From an uncultured Hyphomicrobiales bacterium (lineage in GTDB: Bacteria > Pseudomonadota > Alphaproteobacteria > Reyranellales > JAQSWP01), in contig CAYWLS010000018.1 of NCBI GenBank assembly GCA_964458605.1, positions 2,886 through 66,885 on the forward strand: a stretch of DNA of 64,000 nt, in the 5' to 3' direction. Below the pieces are notes generated by a model, which ran no database searches, had not been told where the DNA came from, and saw nothing but the letters and a program-made list of their open reading frames with translations. Below are positions 1 through 8,690 of this stretch, in pieces; the first letter of the stretch is position 1, and the number at the start of each line of letters is the position of its first letter. Both the position numbers and the translations under genes were made by a program.

Positions 1-988
1 CATGATGGCGCGCGCGCTCGACCGCTACAATTCGCGCCCCTACTACTTCGACGCCCATGGCGAGGAGCAGGTCACCGTCAAGGTGCAGTTGCCCGATGGC
101 GTGCTGACCGTGGTGTCGCCGCTGTCGCGGCTGTTCAGCCCGTCGAGCTACGTGTTCGTCATGCTGATGGTGGGCGCGGCGCTGATCCTGTTCGGCGTGG
201 CCTTGCTGTTCATGCACGCGCAGATCGAGCCGATCCGCCGCCTGGCGGCGATCGCCGAGAATCTCGGCAAGGGCCGCGACGTGCCCGATTTCCAGCCCGA
301 GGGATCGCTGGAGACGCGCCAGGCGGCGCAGGCCTTCCTGACCATGCGCGAGCGGTTGCGCCGGCAGGTCCAGCAGCGCACCGAGATGCTGGCCGGCGTG
401 TCGCACGACCTGCGCACCCCGCTCACCCGCATGAAGCTCAGCCTGGCGCTGCTCGACGGCAAGGAAGAAATCGACGAACTGAAGGCCGACATCGCCGAGA
501 TGGAGCAGATGATCGAGGGCTATCTGGCCTTCGCCCGCGGCGAGGGCGACGAGGAGCCGGTGCTGGTCGATTTCGCCGAATTGCTCGAGGACGTCGCCGC
601 CAGCCTGCGCCGCACCGGCAAGGATGTCGAGCTCAGCGTCGACGGCGAACTGCCGGGCCTGGCGCGGCCGGTGGCGATCAAGCGCTGCATCACCAACCTG
701 GCCGCCAATGCGGCGCGCTTCGGCACCAAGGTGCAGATCGCCGGCAAGCGGCGCAAGCGGGCCATCGACATCATCGTCGACGACGACGGGCCGGGCATCC
801 CGGCCGAGCGGCGCGAGGACGTGTTCCGTCCGTTCGTGCGGCTGGAGCAATCGCGCAACCGGCAGACCGGCGGCGTCGGGCTGGGCCTGACCATCGCCCG
901 CGACGTGGCCCGCGCCCATGGCGGCGACCTCGTTCTGCTCGATTCGCCGCTGGGCGGATTGCGGGCGCGGCTGCGCCTGCCGATCTAG
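1..988 (+). CDS. sensor histidine kinase, EnvZ-like (5' end probably outside window)
   Basis: ORF 2..988. TM segment VFVMLMVGAALILFGVALLF, HAMP-like linker, H-box AGVSHDLRTPLTRM, ATPase boxes NLAANAARF, DDDGPGIP, GGVGLGLTIA. Confidence 0.85.
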   Translation, partial: MMARALDRYNSRPYYFDAHGEEQVTVKVQLPDGVLTVVSPLSRLFSPSSYVFVMLMVGAALILFGVALLFMHAQIEPIRRLAAIAENLGKGRDVPDFQPEGSLETRQAAQAFLTMRERLRRQVQQRTEMLAGVSHDLRTPLTRMKLSLALLDGKEEIDELKADIAEMEQMIEGYLAFARGEGDEEPVLVDFAELLEDVAASLRRTGKDVELSVDGELPGLARPVAIKRCITNLAANAARFGTKVQIAGKRRKRAIDIIVDDDGPGIPAERREDVFRPFVRLEQSRNRQTGGVGLGLTIARDVARAHGGDLVLLDSPLGGLRARLRLPI

Positions 989-998
989 ATTCCGCCGG

Positions 999-1364
999 TC
1001 AGAACAGCCGCCCGCCATTGGGCACGGCGCGTTCGGGCGCGATCAGCACCACCTCGCCGTCGCCGTCGGGAAAACCCAGGGTCAGGACCTCGGACATGAA
1101 CTTGCCGATCTGGCGCGGCGGGAAGTTCAGCACCGCCGCCACCTGGCGGCCGATCAGATCCTGCGGGTTGTAGTGCCGGGTGATCTGGGCCGACGACTTG
1201 CGCAGCCCGATCGCCGGGCCGAAATCGATCTGCAGCTTGATCGCCGGCTTGCGCGCGCCTTCCAGCGGCTCGGCCGCGACGACGGTGCCGACGCGAATAT
1301 CGACTTTCAGGAAATCGTCGAACGCGATCGGCGCAGCGATGGACGAAGAATCGGGAGCGGCCAT
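999..1364 (-). CDS. tRNA-binding domain protein (CsaA/YgjH-like)
   Basis: ORF 999..1394 trimmed to ATG 1364, with GAGG just upstream. [12 protein letters not shown]...[11 protein letters not shown]...[14 protein letters not shown] fits the OB-fold tRNA-binding family. Confidence 0.8.
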   Translation of the reverse strand: MAAPDSSSIAAPIAFDDFLKVDIRVGTVVAAEPLEGARKPAIKLQIDFGPAIGLRKSSAQITRHYNPQDLIGRQVAAVLNFPPRQIGKFMSEVLTLGFPDGDGEVVLIAPERAVPNGGRLF

Positions 1365-1486
1365 GGTGCCTCGCCGGGTTGCTTGGCAAGTCATAGCCGA
1401 GCCGGTGGCCCGAATGCAAAGCGGCGGCGAGGTCGCCCCCGCCGCCGCTCGATCGCCAGGAACAGGCGCATCGCTGCGCCTGCCCC

Positions 1487-1525
1487 GATCCTTTGGGCCC
1501 GATCCTTTGGGCCCGATCCTTTGGG
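1487..1525. repeat. 14-bp tandem repeat GATCCTTTGGGCCC, 2.8 copies
   Basis: Read directly: units at 1487-1500, 1501-1514 and 1515-1525 (partial). Lies just 3' of the phasin stop and upstream of the CsaA-like gene. Confidence 0.9.
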
Positions 1526-1529
1526 ATCG

Positions 1530-1967
1530 TTACGCCTTCTTGGCGACGTAACCCTTGAACTCTTCGAGCTGCTCGCCGACGCGCTTGTTCAGCACGTCGA
1601 GAGTCTCGGTGCCCTTGCGCGCCGCCATGTCGAAGAACTCGCGGCTGTTGGCCACGGCCTTCTCGTAGCCGGCCTTGAGCAGTTCGGCGTGCTTGGTCGC
1701 CTTTTCTTCGGGCGAAGCGGTGCTCATCAGGTCGCTGAACGAGGCGCTGATGTCCTCGAACGAGGTGCGCAGCACCTCGGCCTGGCGCTGCATCAGGGCC
1801 TGCAGGCCGCTATAGGCGGTCTGGTTGGCGGCGGTCAGCGCCTCGATGTTCTTGCGCTGGCTTTCGGCCAGGGCTTCGAACGGCAGGGTCGGGAACTTGA
1901 ACTCGCCCATCGCCTTGGTGAAGTCGAAGTCTTTGAACGGATAGAACGCGGCAAAATCTTGCGCCAT
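1530..1967 (-). CDS. phaP: phasin family protein (PHA granule-associated)
   Basis: 145 aa, Ala/Glu/Lys-rich helical protein. The N-terminus ...FDFTKAMGEFKFP and the QRKNIEALTAANQ...LQALMQRQAEVL pattern are typical of alphaproteobacterial phasins. Confidence 0.8.
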   Translation of the reverse strand: MAQDFAAFYPFKDFDFTKAMGEFKFPTLPFEALAESQRKNIEALTAANQTAYSGLQALMQRQAEVLRTSFEDISASFSDLMSTASPEEKATKHAELLKAGYEKAVANSREFFDMAARKGTETLDVLNKRVGEQLEEFKGYVAKKA

Positions 1968-2038
1968 TGGTCTGCTCCAGTGTCCGGGTGTCCGGTGTCT
2001 TGCAATCAGGGATACGCGGGGCTGACCGCGCGAACTAT

Positions 2039-2113
2039 GTTGCGGTGCAGCAATGCAGACAAGATAGGCAACCGCCTCTCACCCGTCAATGGTATTTTTG
2101 CAGTGCACAAAAA
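2039..2113 (-). promoter_or_regulatory. phasin upstream region with TGC-rich tract and 17-bp palindrome (candidate PhaR-type operator)
   Basis: GTTGCGGTGCAGCAATGCAGAC at 2039-2060. Near-perfect palindrome TTTTTGCAGTGCACAAAAA at 2095-2113. AT-rich, 70-145 bp upstream of the phasin ATG. Confidence 0.35.
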
Positions 2114-2151
2114 TCAATCTAAAGTAGCGATAAATTGCTTCGTTTCCAACC

Positions 2152-2844
2152 TTATGGCAGCGGCTGGGCATTGGCATTTTCCGGATCTTCGAGGATCGGA
2201 TTGGAGGGTGCGGCATCTTGTTGCGGCGCAGATCCGGCGCGTCGCGGCGAGAAGCGCTCCAAGGTCTGCGCCCAGCGCTCGATGCCTTTGAGACGACTGT
2301 CCAGTGCCTTCATGGTGACGGACAGGTCGGGGCTGTCGTCGTCCAGGAACCGGCGCAGCACCGCCAGATGCACCGCCAGCAGGCCGCGCAGCCGCATTTG
2401 GCCGGCCAGGCCGGCGCTCGACAGGCGCGCCGCCTCCAGCATGCGGCCCATGGCGCGCTCGGAAGCCAGGGTAAGCGCCAGCATGGCCGGCGGATCGAAC
2501 GGCAGTTCGCGGCCCAGCCGCTTGAGCGCCGCGCGCCAGGGCACCAGCGCGTCGTAGCGGCGCATCATGATCTCGAACAGCCGATCGCGCGGGCTCTCCG
2601 CGGCATCCGCGGCGCCCCCCGCCAGCACCTGGCGGTCGATGCGGGCCAGCGCCTCGATCAGGGCGCGGGTGCGCCCGCCCACGGCTTCGTAAAGCGTGGC
2701 GAGATCCAGACCGGCGCGTTCGGCCAGTTCGGCCATGCCCAACCCGGCCCAGCCGCGCTCGACGATCAGTTCGCACAAGGCGGTATCGATCTTCTCGGCG
2801 TCGATCTGGTGGGAATGCTCGCTGTGCGGTCGGTCTGCTGCCAT
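2152..2844 (-). CDS. TetR/AcrR-like HTH transcriptional regulator (weak assignment)
   Basis: ORF 2152..3267 trimmed to ATG 2844 (230 aa). The N-terminal segment CELIVERGWAGLGMAELAERAGLDLATLYEAV looks like a TetR-type HTH. The upstream part of the ORF overlaps proC and is Arg/Gly junk. Confidence 0.55.
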   Translation of the reverse strand: MAADRPHSEHSHQIDAEKIDTALCELIVERGWAGLGMAELAERAGLDLATLYEAVGGRTRALIEALARIDRQVLAGGAADAAESPRDRLFEIMMRRYDALVPWRAALKRLGRELPFDPPAMLALTLASERAMGRMLEAARLSSAGLAGQMRLRGLLAVHLAVLRRFLDDDSPDLSVTMKALDSRLKGIERWAQTLERFSPRRAGSAPQQDAAPSNPILEDPENANAQPLP

Positions 2845-2927
2845 AAGCGCCTCGCCGGCAATTAGCCTGTCTGGGCATAACGCCCGACGCGGCCGGTCAT
2901 CGGCGATCAGTCTGCGCCCAGGCCCGC

Positions 2928-3743
2928 TCAGCCGGCAAGTTCGCGCGAGCGGCGCGTTGCCGCGGCGATGGCGGCATCGAAGATCTTCTGCATGGCGTCC
3001 GGCGCCATCAGCACTTTCAGCGCTTCGGCGGTGGTGCCGCCGGGGCTGGTGACGTTCTTGCGCAATTGCGCGGCGCTGTCGCTGGAACGGCGCAGCAACT
3101 CGCCGCTGCCCGATACCGTGGCGCGCGCCAGCTGCATGGCCAGATCGGCCGGCAGGCCGGCCTTGGCGCCCGCCTCGGCCATGGCCTCGACCAGCAGGAA
3201 CACATAGGCCGGACCGCTGCCCGATACCGCCGTCACGGCATCGATCAGCCCCTCGTCCCCGACCCACACCACCTCGCCTACCGCGCGCAGCAGCCTGTCG
3301 CAGCCGGCGCGCTGGGCCTGATCGACGCCCGGTCCCGCCACCGCCACGGTGATGCCGTGGCGCACCGCGGCCGGGGTGTTGGGCATGGTGCGCACGATGC
3401 GCGCCGCGTTGCCGAGCCCGCCGGCCAGCACCTTGAGCGTCTTGCCGGCGGCGATCGACAGGAACACGGTGCCCGGAGCGACGAAGCGCACCAGCCCCGG
3501 CAGCACGGCATCCATGCTCTGCGGCTTGACCGCCAGCACCACGATCTCGGGAGCGAAATCGGCCGGCGCCGCGGCGGCGTTCTCGATGCGCCGCGCGGCG
3601 ATCGGCGCCGGCAGGTCGATGGCGCTGGGTTCGGCGATCAGGATCTGCGAGGCGGCCAGCCCCTGTTCCAGCCAGCCGTCCAGCATGGCCCGGCCCATCT
3701 TGCCGCAGCCCACCAGCAGGATACGCGGAAAGCCCGGGCTCAT
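2928..3743 (-). CDS. proC: pyrroline-5-carboxylate reductase
   Basis: 271 aa. Rossmann motif ILLVGCGKMGRAML and C-terminal VTSPGGTTAEALKVL signature. Confidence 0.9.
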   Translation of the reverse strand: MSPGFPRILLVGCGKMGRAMLDGWLEQGLAASQILIAEPSAIDLPAPIAARRIENAAAAPADFAPEIVVLAVKPQSMDAVLPGLVRFVAPGTVFLSIAAGKTLKVLAGGLGNAARIVRTMPNTPAAVRHGITVAVAGPGVDQAQRAGCDRLLRAVGEVVWVGDEGLIDAVTAVSGSGPAYVFLLVEAMAEAGAKAGLPADLAMQLARATVSGSGELLRRSSDSAAQLRKNVTSPGGTTAEALKVLMAPDAMQKIFDAAIAAATRRSRELAG

Positions 3744-3750
3744 GGCCGGA

Positions 3751-4254
3751 TCAGGCTTCGCCGACGGTTTCGAGGATGGCGGCCGCCAGCGCTTCCTGCG
3801 GCGTCTTGCCGGCCCATACCACGTATTGGAAGGACGGATAGAAGCGCTCGCATTCGGCCACCGCGATGTCGACCAGGTCTTCCATCTGCTCGACCGCCAG
3901 CCCGCTGGTGCCGCGCAGCAGCAGCGAATGGCGGAACAGCGGCATGCCCTCGTCCCCCCACAGGTCGAAATGGCCCAGCCACAGCTTCTCGTTGATCAGC
4001 GCCAGCAGGCTGTGAACTTCGCGCGATTTCTCGCCCGGCACCTTGATGTCGAAGGCGCAGGTGAAGTGCAGCGCGTTGACGTCCTCACGCCAGCTGAAAT
4101 AGAGCCGGTAGTCGCACCAGCGGCCGGTGATCTCGGCCGCAATCTCGCGATCGGAGGTGCGATCGAACGGCCAGTCGTGGGCCAACACGATCTGCTCGAT
4201 CAGGTCGAGCGGGTTGGCCAGCACGTCTTCGCTGTCGTGCAGAGTCGCCCCCAT
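3751..4254 (-). CDS. YbjN domain-containing protein
   Basis: 167 aa acidic cytoplasmic protein (ANPLDLIEQIV...WCDYRLYFSW...LWLGHFDLW), directly upstream of proC as commonly seen in Alphaproteobacteria. Confidence 0.7.
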   Translation of the reverse strand: MGATLHDSEDVLANPLDLIEQIVLAHDWPFDRTSDREIAAEITGRWCDYRLYFSWREDVNALHFTCAFDIKVPGEKSREVHSLLALINEKLWLGHFDLWGDEGMPLFRHSLLLRGTSGLAVEQMEDLVDIAVAECERFYPSFQYVVWAGKTPQEALAAAILETVGEA

Positions 4255-4512
4255 GATTGAGCCCTCCCCGCCTGAATCAGACTGCCATCGGCCGGCCCTT
4301 TGGGACCCGCAGATGGCAGTTTAAGCAAGACACCGAAGCTGTTCTAAAACCGCGATATCTTGTGGCCGGTACCAGCCCGGCTACTAAAACTAGCCTGCCA
4401 GAGTCGGACTCGGGGCGCAAGAGTCCGGCCCCGGGATAAGATTCCGGGCGGCCAGAAAAGTGGGGAAAACTATGGACTTGGCCGATGCCGGCGCTGCCGG
4501 GCCGGCGATGGC

Positions 4513-4842
4513 TCAACCGATGGGCGTGGTCGGCCCGCCGGCTTGCGAGTTAGCAAGTTGATTCTGCTGATCCTTTTCCGCCAGAGCGACTTCCAGCGCC
4601 TGGCAGCGGCTTTCCAGCGCCGCCACCTTGGCCTCGAGCGCCTCCTGGCCCAGGCGCGCCTTGGCCGCCATCGCCTTGACCGCCTCGAACTCGTCGCGGC
4701 TGGGCAGATCCATGCCCGCCAGCAGCGCCGCCATCCGGTCCTTCATGCGGGTTTCCACGCTTTCGCGCAGCCCGCCCATCGTGCCCATGGCGCCGCCGAA
4801 CACGCGCGCCAGATCGTCGAGAAAGGGATTGCGCGTCTGCAT
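4513..4842 (-). CDS. ubiK: accessory factor UbiK (YqiC/BMFP) family protein
   Basis: ORF 4513..5208 trimmed to ATG 4842 (109 aa). MQTRNPFLDDLARVFGGAMG... followed by a coiled coil is the UbiK family pattern. Confidence 0.8.
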   Translation of the reverse strand: MQTRNPFLDDLARVFGGAMGTMGGLRESVETRMKDRMAALLAGMDLPSRDEFEAVKAMAAKARLGQEALEAKVAALESRCQALEVALAEKDQQNQLANSQAGGPTTPIG

Positions 4843-4887
4843 GACCGGCTCCTTGGCTGTTGCTACCGCAACGTCCTGCTTTAAAAA

Positions 4888-5874
4888 GTGACCATGTATC
4901 TGGTCACCGGCGGCGCGGGCTTCATCGGCCTCAATCTTGTCATCGCCCTGCAGGCGCGCAAGGCGCAAGGCGTCGCGGTGTGCGACCGGCTCGACCATCC
5001 CGCCAAGCGCCAGGCGTTGGCCGCCAATCCGCCGGCGGCGACGATAGAGCCCGAGGCCTTGCGCCAGTTCCTCGAAGCGCGCGGCGGCGAGATCGAAGCC
5101 GTGTTCCATCTCGGCGCCATCTCTTCGACCACCGAGACCGACTGGGCCAAGCTGCAGCACAACAATATCGACACCACCCTGATGCTGTTCCGCTGGTGCG
5201 CCCGCCATCGCGTGCCGCTGGTCTATGCCTCATCCGCCGCCACCTATGGCGACGGGCGCCACGGCTTCGACGACGACAACGACCTGGCGGCGCTGCGCCG
5301 GCTGGAACCCCAGAACCTCTATGGCCGCTCCAAGCACGAGACCGATCTGGCGATCCTCGCCATGGTCGGAGCCGGCGAGCCCGCCCCGCCGCGCTGGAGC
5401 GGGCTGAAATTCTTCAACGTCTACGGCCCGCACGAGGCGCACAAGGGCGAGCAGCGCTCGATCGTCGCCAAGCTCCACGAGCAGATCGAGGCCACCGGCC
5501 GGGCGCGGCTGTTCCGCTCCCACGATCCGGCCTATCCCGATGGCGGCCAGTTGCGCGACTTCGTCTGGGTCGGCGACTGCGTCGAGGTGATGTTGTGGCT
5601 GCATGATCGGCAGGCCTCGTGCGGCCTGCTCAATGTCGGCACCGGCCAGGCACGCTCCTTCGCCGACATGGCGGCCGCCACCTTCGCGGCGATGGGTCGC
5701 GCGCCGGCGATCGACTTCGTCGACATGCCGATGGCGCTGCGCGGCCAATACCAGTATTACACCCAGGCCAACATGGCGCGGCTGCGCGCGGCGGGCTATG
5801 CCCGCCCCTTCACCTCGATCGAGGACGGCGTGCGGCGCTATGTCTGCGACTACCTGGCCAAGGACGCCTCCTGA
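4888..5874 (+). CDS. hldD: ADP-L-glycero-D-manno-heptose 6-epimerase
   Basis: 328 aa. VTGGAGFIG, VYASSAATYG, FFNVYGPHEAHKG and NVGTGQARSF are colinear with E. coli RfaD/HldD. Confidence 0.85.
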   Translation: MTMYLVTGGAGFIGLNLVIALQARKAQGVAVCDRLDHPAKRQALAANPPAATIEPEALRQFLEARGGEIEAVFHLGAISSTTETDWAKLQHNNIDTTLMLFRWCARHRVPLVYASSAATYGDGRHGFDDDNDLAALRRLEPQNLYGRSKHETDLAILAMVGAGEPAPPRWSGLKFFNVYGPHEAHKGEQRSIVAKLHEQIEATGRARLFRSHDPAYPDGGQLRDFVWVGDCVEVMLWLHDRQASCGLLNVGTGQARSFADMAAATFAAMGRAPAIDFVDMPMALRGQYQYYTQANMARLRAAGYARPFTSIEDGVRRYVCDYLAKDAS

Positions 5875-5906
5875 CGGCGCAAGGAAAAGGATAGAACGCC
5901 CGCATC

Positions 5907-6779
5907 ATGGTGCCGCTGCTCATCCAATATCCCGATATCGGTTCGGTGCTGGTCCAGATCGGCCCGATCTCGATCCGCTATTACGCGCTGGCCTATATCG
6001 CCGGCCTGCTGCTGGGCTGGTGGTTCGCCAAGCGCCTGTGCCGGCAGCCCCCGCACGTCATCGCGCCGGAGAAGTTCGACGACTTCCTGCTGTGGGCGGC
6101 GGCCGGCGTGGTGCTGGGCGGACGGCTGGGCTACGTGCTGTTCTACAAGCCGGTCGAATTCTTCGCCAATCCGGTGACGATCTTCGAGATCTGGCACGGC
6201 GGCATGTCGTTCCATGGCGGGCTGCTGGGCGTGATCCTGGCCATCATCCTGTTCAGTTGGCGCCAGGGCCTGCTGGGCGCGCCGCGCAGCCAGCCCAATC
6301 TGTGGGCCTTCGCCGATATCTGCGCCGCCGCCACGCCGCCGGGCCTGTTCTTCGGCCGCATCGCCAATTTCATCAACGGCGAGCTGTGGGGCCGGCCGAC
6401 CGACGTTCCCTGGGCGATGATCTTCCCGGCCGATCCCAGCGCCCTGCCGCGCCATCCCAGCCAACTCTACCAGGCGTTCTTCGAGGGCATCGCGCTGTGG
6501 AGCCTGCTGCTGGTCGCGATCTACGTGTTCAAGGCACGCCACCGGCCCGGACTGGTGGCCGGATTGTTCCTGGTCGGATACGCCGTCGCCCGCTCGACCG
6601 GCGAACTGTTCCGCGAGCCCGACTCGTTCATGGGCTTCATCTGGGGACCGCTCACCATGGGCCAGTTGCTGTCCCTGCCGCCGCTGCTGTTCGGCGGCTG
6701 GATGATCTGGCGCGCCCTGACCGGCCCGGTACTGACCGGCCCGGTACTGACCGGCCCGGTACTGACCGACAGGCCGTGA
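5907..6779 (+). CDS. lgt: prolipoprotein diacylglyceryl transferase
   Basis: 290 aa polytopic. HGGMSFHGGLLG and FGRIANFINGELWGRPT motifs. The C-terminus carries an (LTGPV)x3 repeat. Confidence 0.9.
   Translation: MVPLLIQYPDIGSVLVQIGPISIRYYALAYIAGLLLGWWFAKRLCRQPPHVIAPEKFDDFLLWAAAGVVLGGRLGYVLFYKPVEFFANPVTIFEIWHGGMSFHGGLLGVILAIILFSWRQGLLGAPRSQPNLWAFADICAAATPPGLFFGRIANFINGELWGRPTDVPWAMIFPADPSALPRHPSQLYQAFFEGIALWSLLLVAIYVFKARHRPGLVAGLFLVGYAVARSTGELFREPDSFMGFIWGPLTMGQLLSLPPLLFGGWMIWRALTGPVLTGPVLTGPVLTDRP
6717..6770 (+). repeat. 15-bp in-frame tandem repeat CTGACCGGCCCGGTA, 3.6 copies, in the lgt 3' end
   Basis: Units at 6717-6731, 6732-6746 and 6747-6761, plus partial 6762-6770. Encodes LTGPVLTGPVLTGPVLTD. 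Confidence 0.95.
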
Positions 6780-7870
6780 GCGCACTGAAGCAACGACTGA
6801 TCGCGCGTATCCGGCGGCTGGGGCCGATCACCGTCGCCGACTACATGGCCGAGTGCCTGACCGGCGCGCGCACGAGTTACTATCGCAGCGGCGATCCGCT
6901 GGGTCGCGGCGGCGACTTCGTCACCGCGCCGGAGATCAGCCAGATGTTCGGCGAGCTGATCGGCGCCTGGCTGGCCGAGCGCTGGCAGGCGCTGGGTTCG
7001 CCGCCCCGCGTCGTGCTGGCGGAGCTGGGCCCCGGCCGCGGCAGCCTGATGGCCGACGCGCTGCGCGCCACGCGCCGGCTGGCCGGCTTTCACGACGCGA
7101 TCGCGCTGCATCTGGTGGAGATCAACGAGACCTTGCGCGCACGCCAGGCCGAGGCCATCGCCGCGGTGGCGCCGCAGCTCCGGCCGCGCTGGCATGCCGG
7201 CTTCGCCGATCTGCCGTCGGGCGACGCACCGCTGCTGCTGGTGGCCAACGAATTCTTCGACGCCCTGCCGATCCGCCAGTTGCAACGCACGCCGACCGAC
7301 TGGCGCGAGCGCATGATCGATGCCGACGAGCAGGACGCGCTGCGCTTCGTGCTGGCGCCCGGCCCCTCGCCGCTGGCTGCCCTGCTGCCGGCCGACACGC
7401 AAGCGGCGCGACCGGCCGACGTCGCCGAGATCTCGACCGCCTCGCTGGCGCTGATGCAGGCCATCGCCGAACGCATCGTTTCCCATCGCGGCGCCGCCCT
7501 GATCGTGGACTATGGCCGTAGCGGCGCGCTGGGCATGAGCCTGCAGGCGGTGGCCGGCCATCGCCGCGCCGAGCCGCTGGACGCGCCCGGCCAGGCCGAT
7601 CTCTCGGCGCTGGTCGATTTCGGCGCCCTCGCCCGCGTCGCCCGGCAGGCCGGCGCCGCTGCCTGGGGTCCGGTCGGCCAGGGCGAATTGCTTACCGCGC
7701 TGGGCATCGGACTGCGCGCCCAGGCGCTGAAGGCGCGGACCGGCGTCCAGGGCGCCGCCGCGGTCGACGCGGCGCGGACACGCTTGATCGCGCCCGACCA
7801 AATGGGCACCTTGTTCAAAGCCCTGGCCGTGACCGACCGCGCCCAAACGGCGCCCGCCGGCTTCGCCTGA
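6776..7870 (+). CDS. class I SAM-dependent methyltransferase, MidA/NDUFAF7 (DUF185) family
   Basis: In-frame GTG 6776 overlaps the lgt TGA (6777-6779). GDFVTAPEISQMFGELIG and ELGPGRGSLMAD motifs. The upstream part of ORF 5603..7870 is antisense/alternate-frame junk. Confidence 0.8.
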   Translation: MSALKQRLIARIRRLGPITVADYMAECLTGARTSYYRSGDPLGRGGDFVTAPEISQMFGELIGAWLAERWQALGSPPRVVLAELGPGRGSLMADALRATRRLAGFHDAIALHLVEINETLRARQAEAIAAVAPQLRPRWHAGFADLPSGDAPLLLVANEFFDALPIRQLQRTPTDWRERMIDADEQDALRFVLAPGPSPLAALLPADTQAARPADVAEISTASLALMQAIAERIVSHRGAALIVDYGRSGALGMSLQAVAGHRRAEPLDAPGQADLSALVDFGALARVARQAGAAAWGPVGQGELLTALGIGLRAQALKARTGVQGAAAVDAARTRLIAPDQMGTLFKALAVTDRAQTAPAGFA

Positions 7871-7893
7871 CCGTCAACCGAGCGCGAGACAAG

Positions 7894-8688
7894 ATGCCGG
7901 ATCCGCAGCCGCCCACCCGCGCCATCGCCGGCGCCGCGCTGTTCGCCAGCAGCGGCGTGCGTCACGGCTTCTTCACCCGCCATGGCGGCACCAGCGCACC
8001 GCCGTTCAATTCGCTCAATTGCGGGCTGGGCTCGGGCGACGACCGCGAACACGTGATCGAAAACCGCGCCCGCGCCGCACGCCATTTCGGACTCGAGCCG
8101 CGCCAGCTAGTGACCTGCCACCAGTCGCACACCGCCGATGTGGTGACCGTCACCGAAACCTGGACCGCCGCCCAAGCGCCGCGCGCCGATGCCATGGTCA
8201 CCGACCGCAACGGCATCATGCTGGGCATCCTGGCGGCCGATTGCGCGCCGGTGCTGCTGGCCGATTCGCAAAGCCGCGTGATCGGCGCGGCGCATGCCGG
8301 CTGGCGGGGCGCGCTGGGCGGCGTGGTCGAGAACACGGTGGCGGCGATGGAGAGATTGGGCGCCCGGCGCCAGCACATCGTGGCCGCGATCGGGCCCTGC
8401 ATCGCCCAGGCCTCCTACGAGGTCGGCGCGGATTTCGCGCCGCCCTTCCTGCGCCAGCATGCCGACAACGCGCGCTTCTTCGCGCCGGGCCAGCGGCCGG
8501 GCAAGCTGCAGTTCGATCTGCCGGGCTACATACTGGACCGCCTCGAGCGGCTGGGCGTGGCGCAGGCCGACGCCACCGGCCACGACACCCTGGCCGAGGA
8601 GGCCGATTTCTTCAGCTACCGGCGCGCCACCTTGCGCGGCGAGAAGGACTACGGCCGGCTGATCTCGGCCATCGTGCTGGTGGAATAG
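7894..8688 (+). CDS. pgeF: peptidoglycan editing factor PgeF (YfiH/laccase-domain protein)
   Basis: 264 aa. CHQSHTADV, AADCAPVLL and AAHAGWRG motifs. Conserved lgt-midA-pgeF order. Confidence 0.85.
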   Translation: MPDPQPPTRAIAGAALFASSGVRHGFFTRHGGTSAPPFNSLNCGLGSGDDREHVIENRARAARHFGLEPRQLVTCHQSHTADVVTVTETWTAAQAPRADAMVTDRNGIMLGILAADCAPVLLADSQSRVIGAAHAGWRGALGGVVENTVAAMERLGARRQHIVAAIGPCIAQASYEVGADFAPPFLRQHADNARFFAPGQRPGKLQFDLPGYILDRLERLGVAQADATGHDTLAEEADFFSYRRATLRGEKDYGRLISAIVLVE

Positions 8689-8690
8689 CG

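Noticed and set aside
1487-1525. Tandem repeats (1487, 6717, 18043, 29404, 45387, 50720, 60978) considered as possible CRISPR or iteron arrays.
   Set aside because: The units are 9-27 bp and directly abutting or nearly so, with no unique spacers of CRISPR size and no cas genes. They are reported as simple tandem repeats or operators instead.
4255-4512. Possibility that the ubiK-ybjN spacer encodes 6S RNA or another known RNA.
   Set aside because: I cannot recognise the long closing stem and central bubble of 6S RNA. The usual zapA/ygfA context is absent. It is reported only as a low-interest structured spacer.
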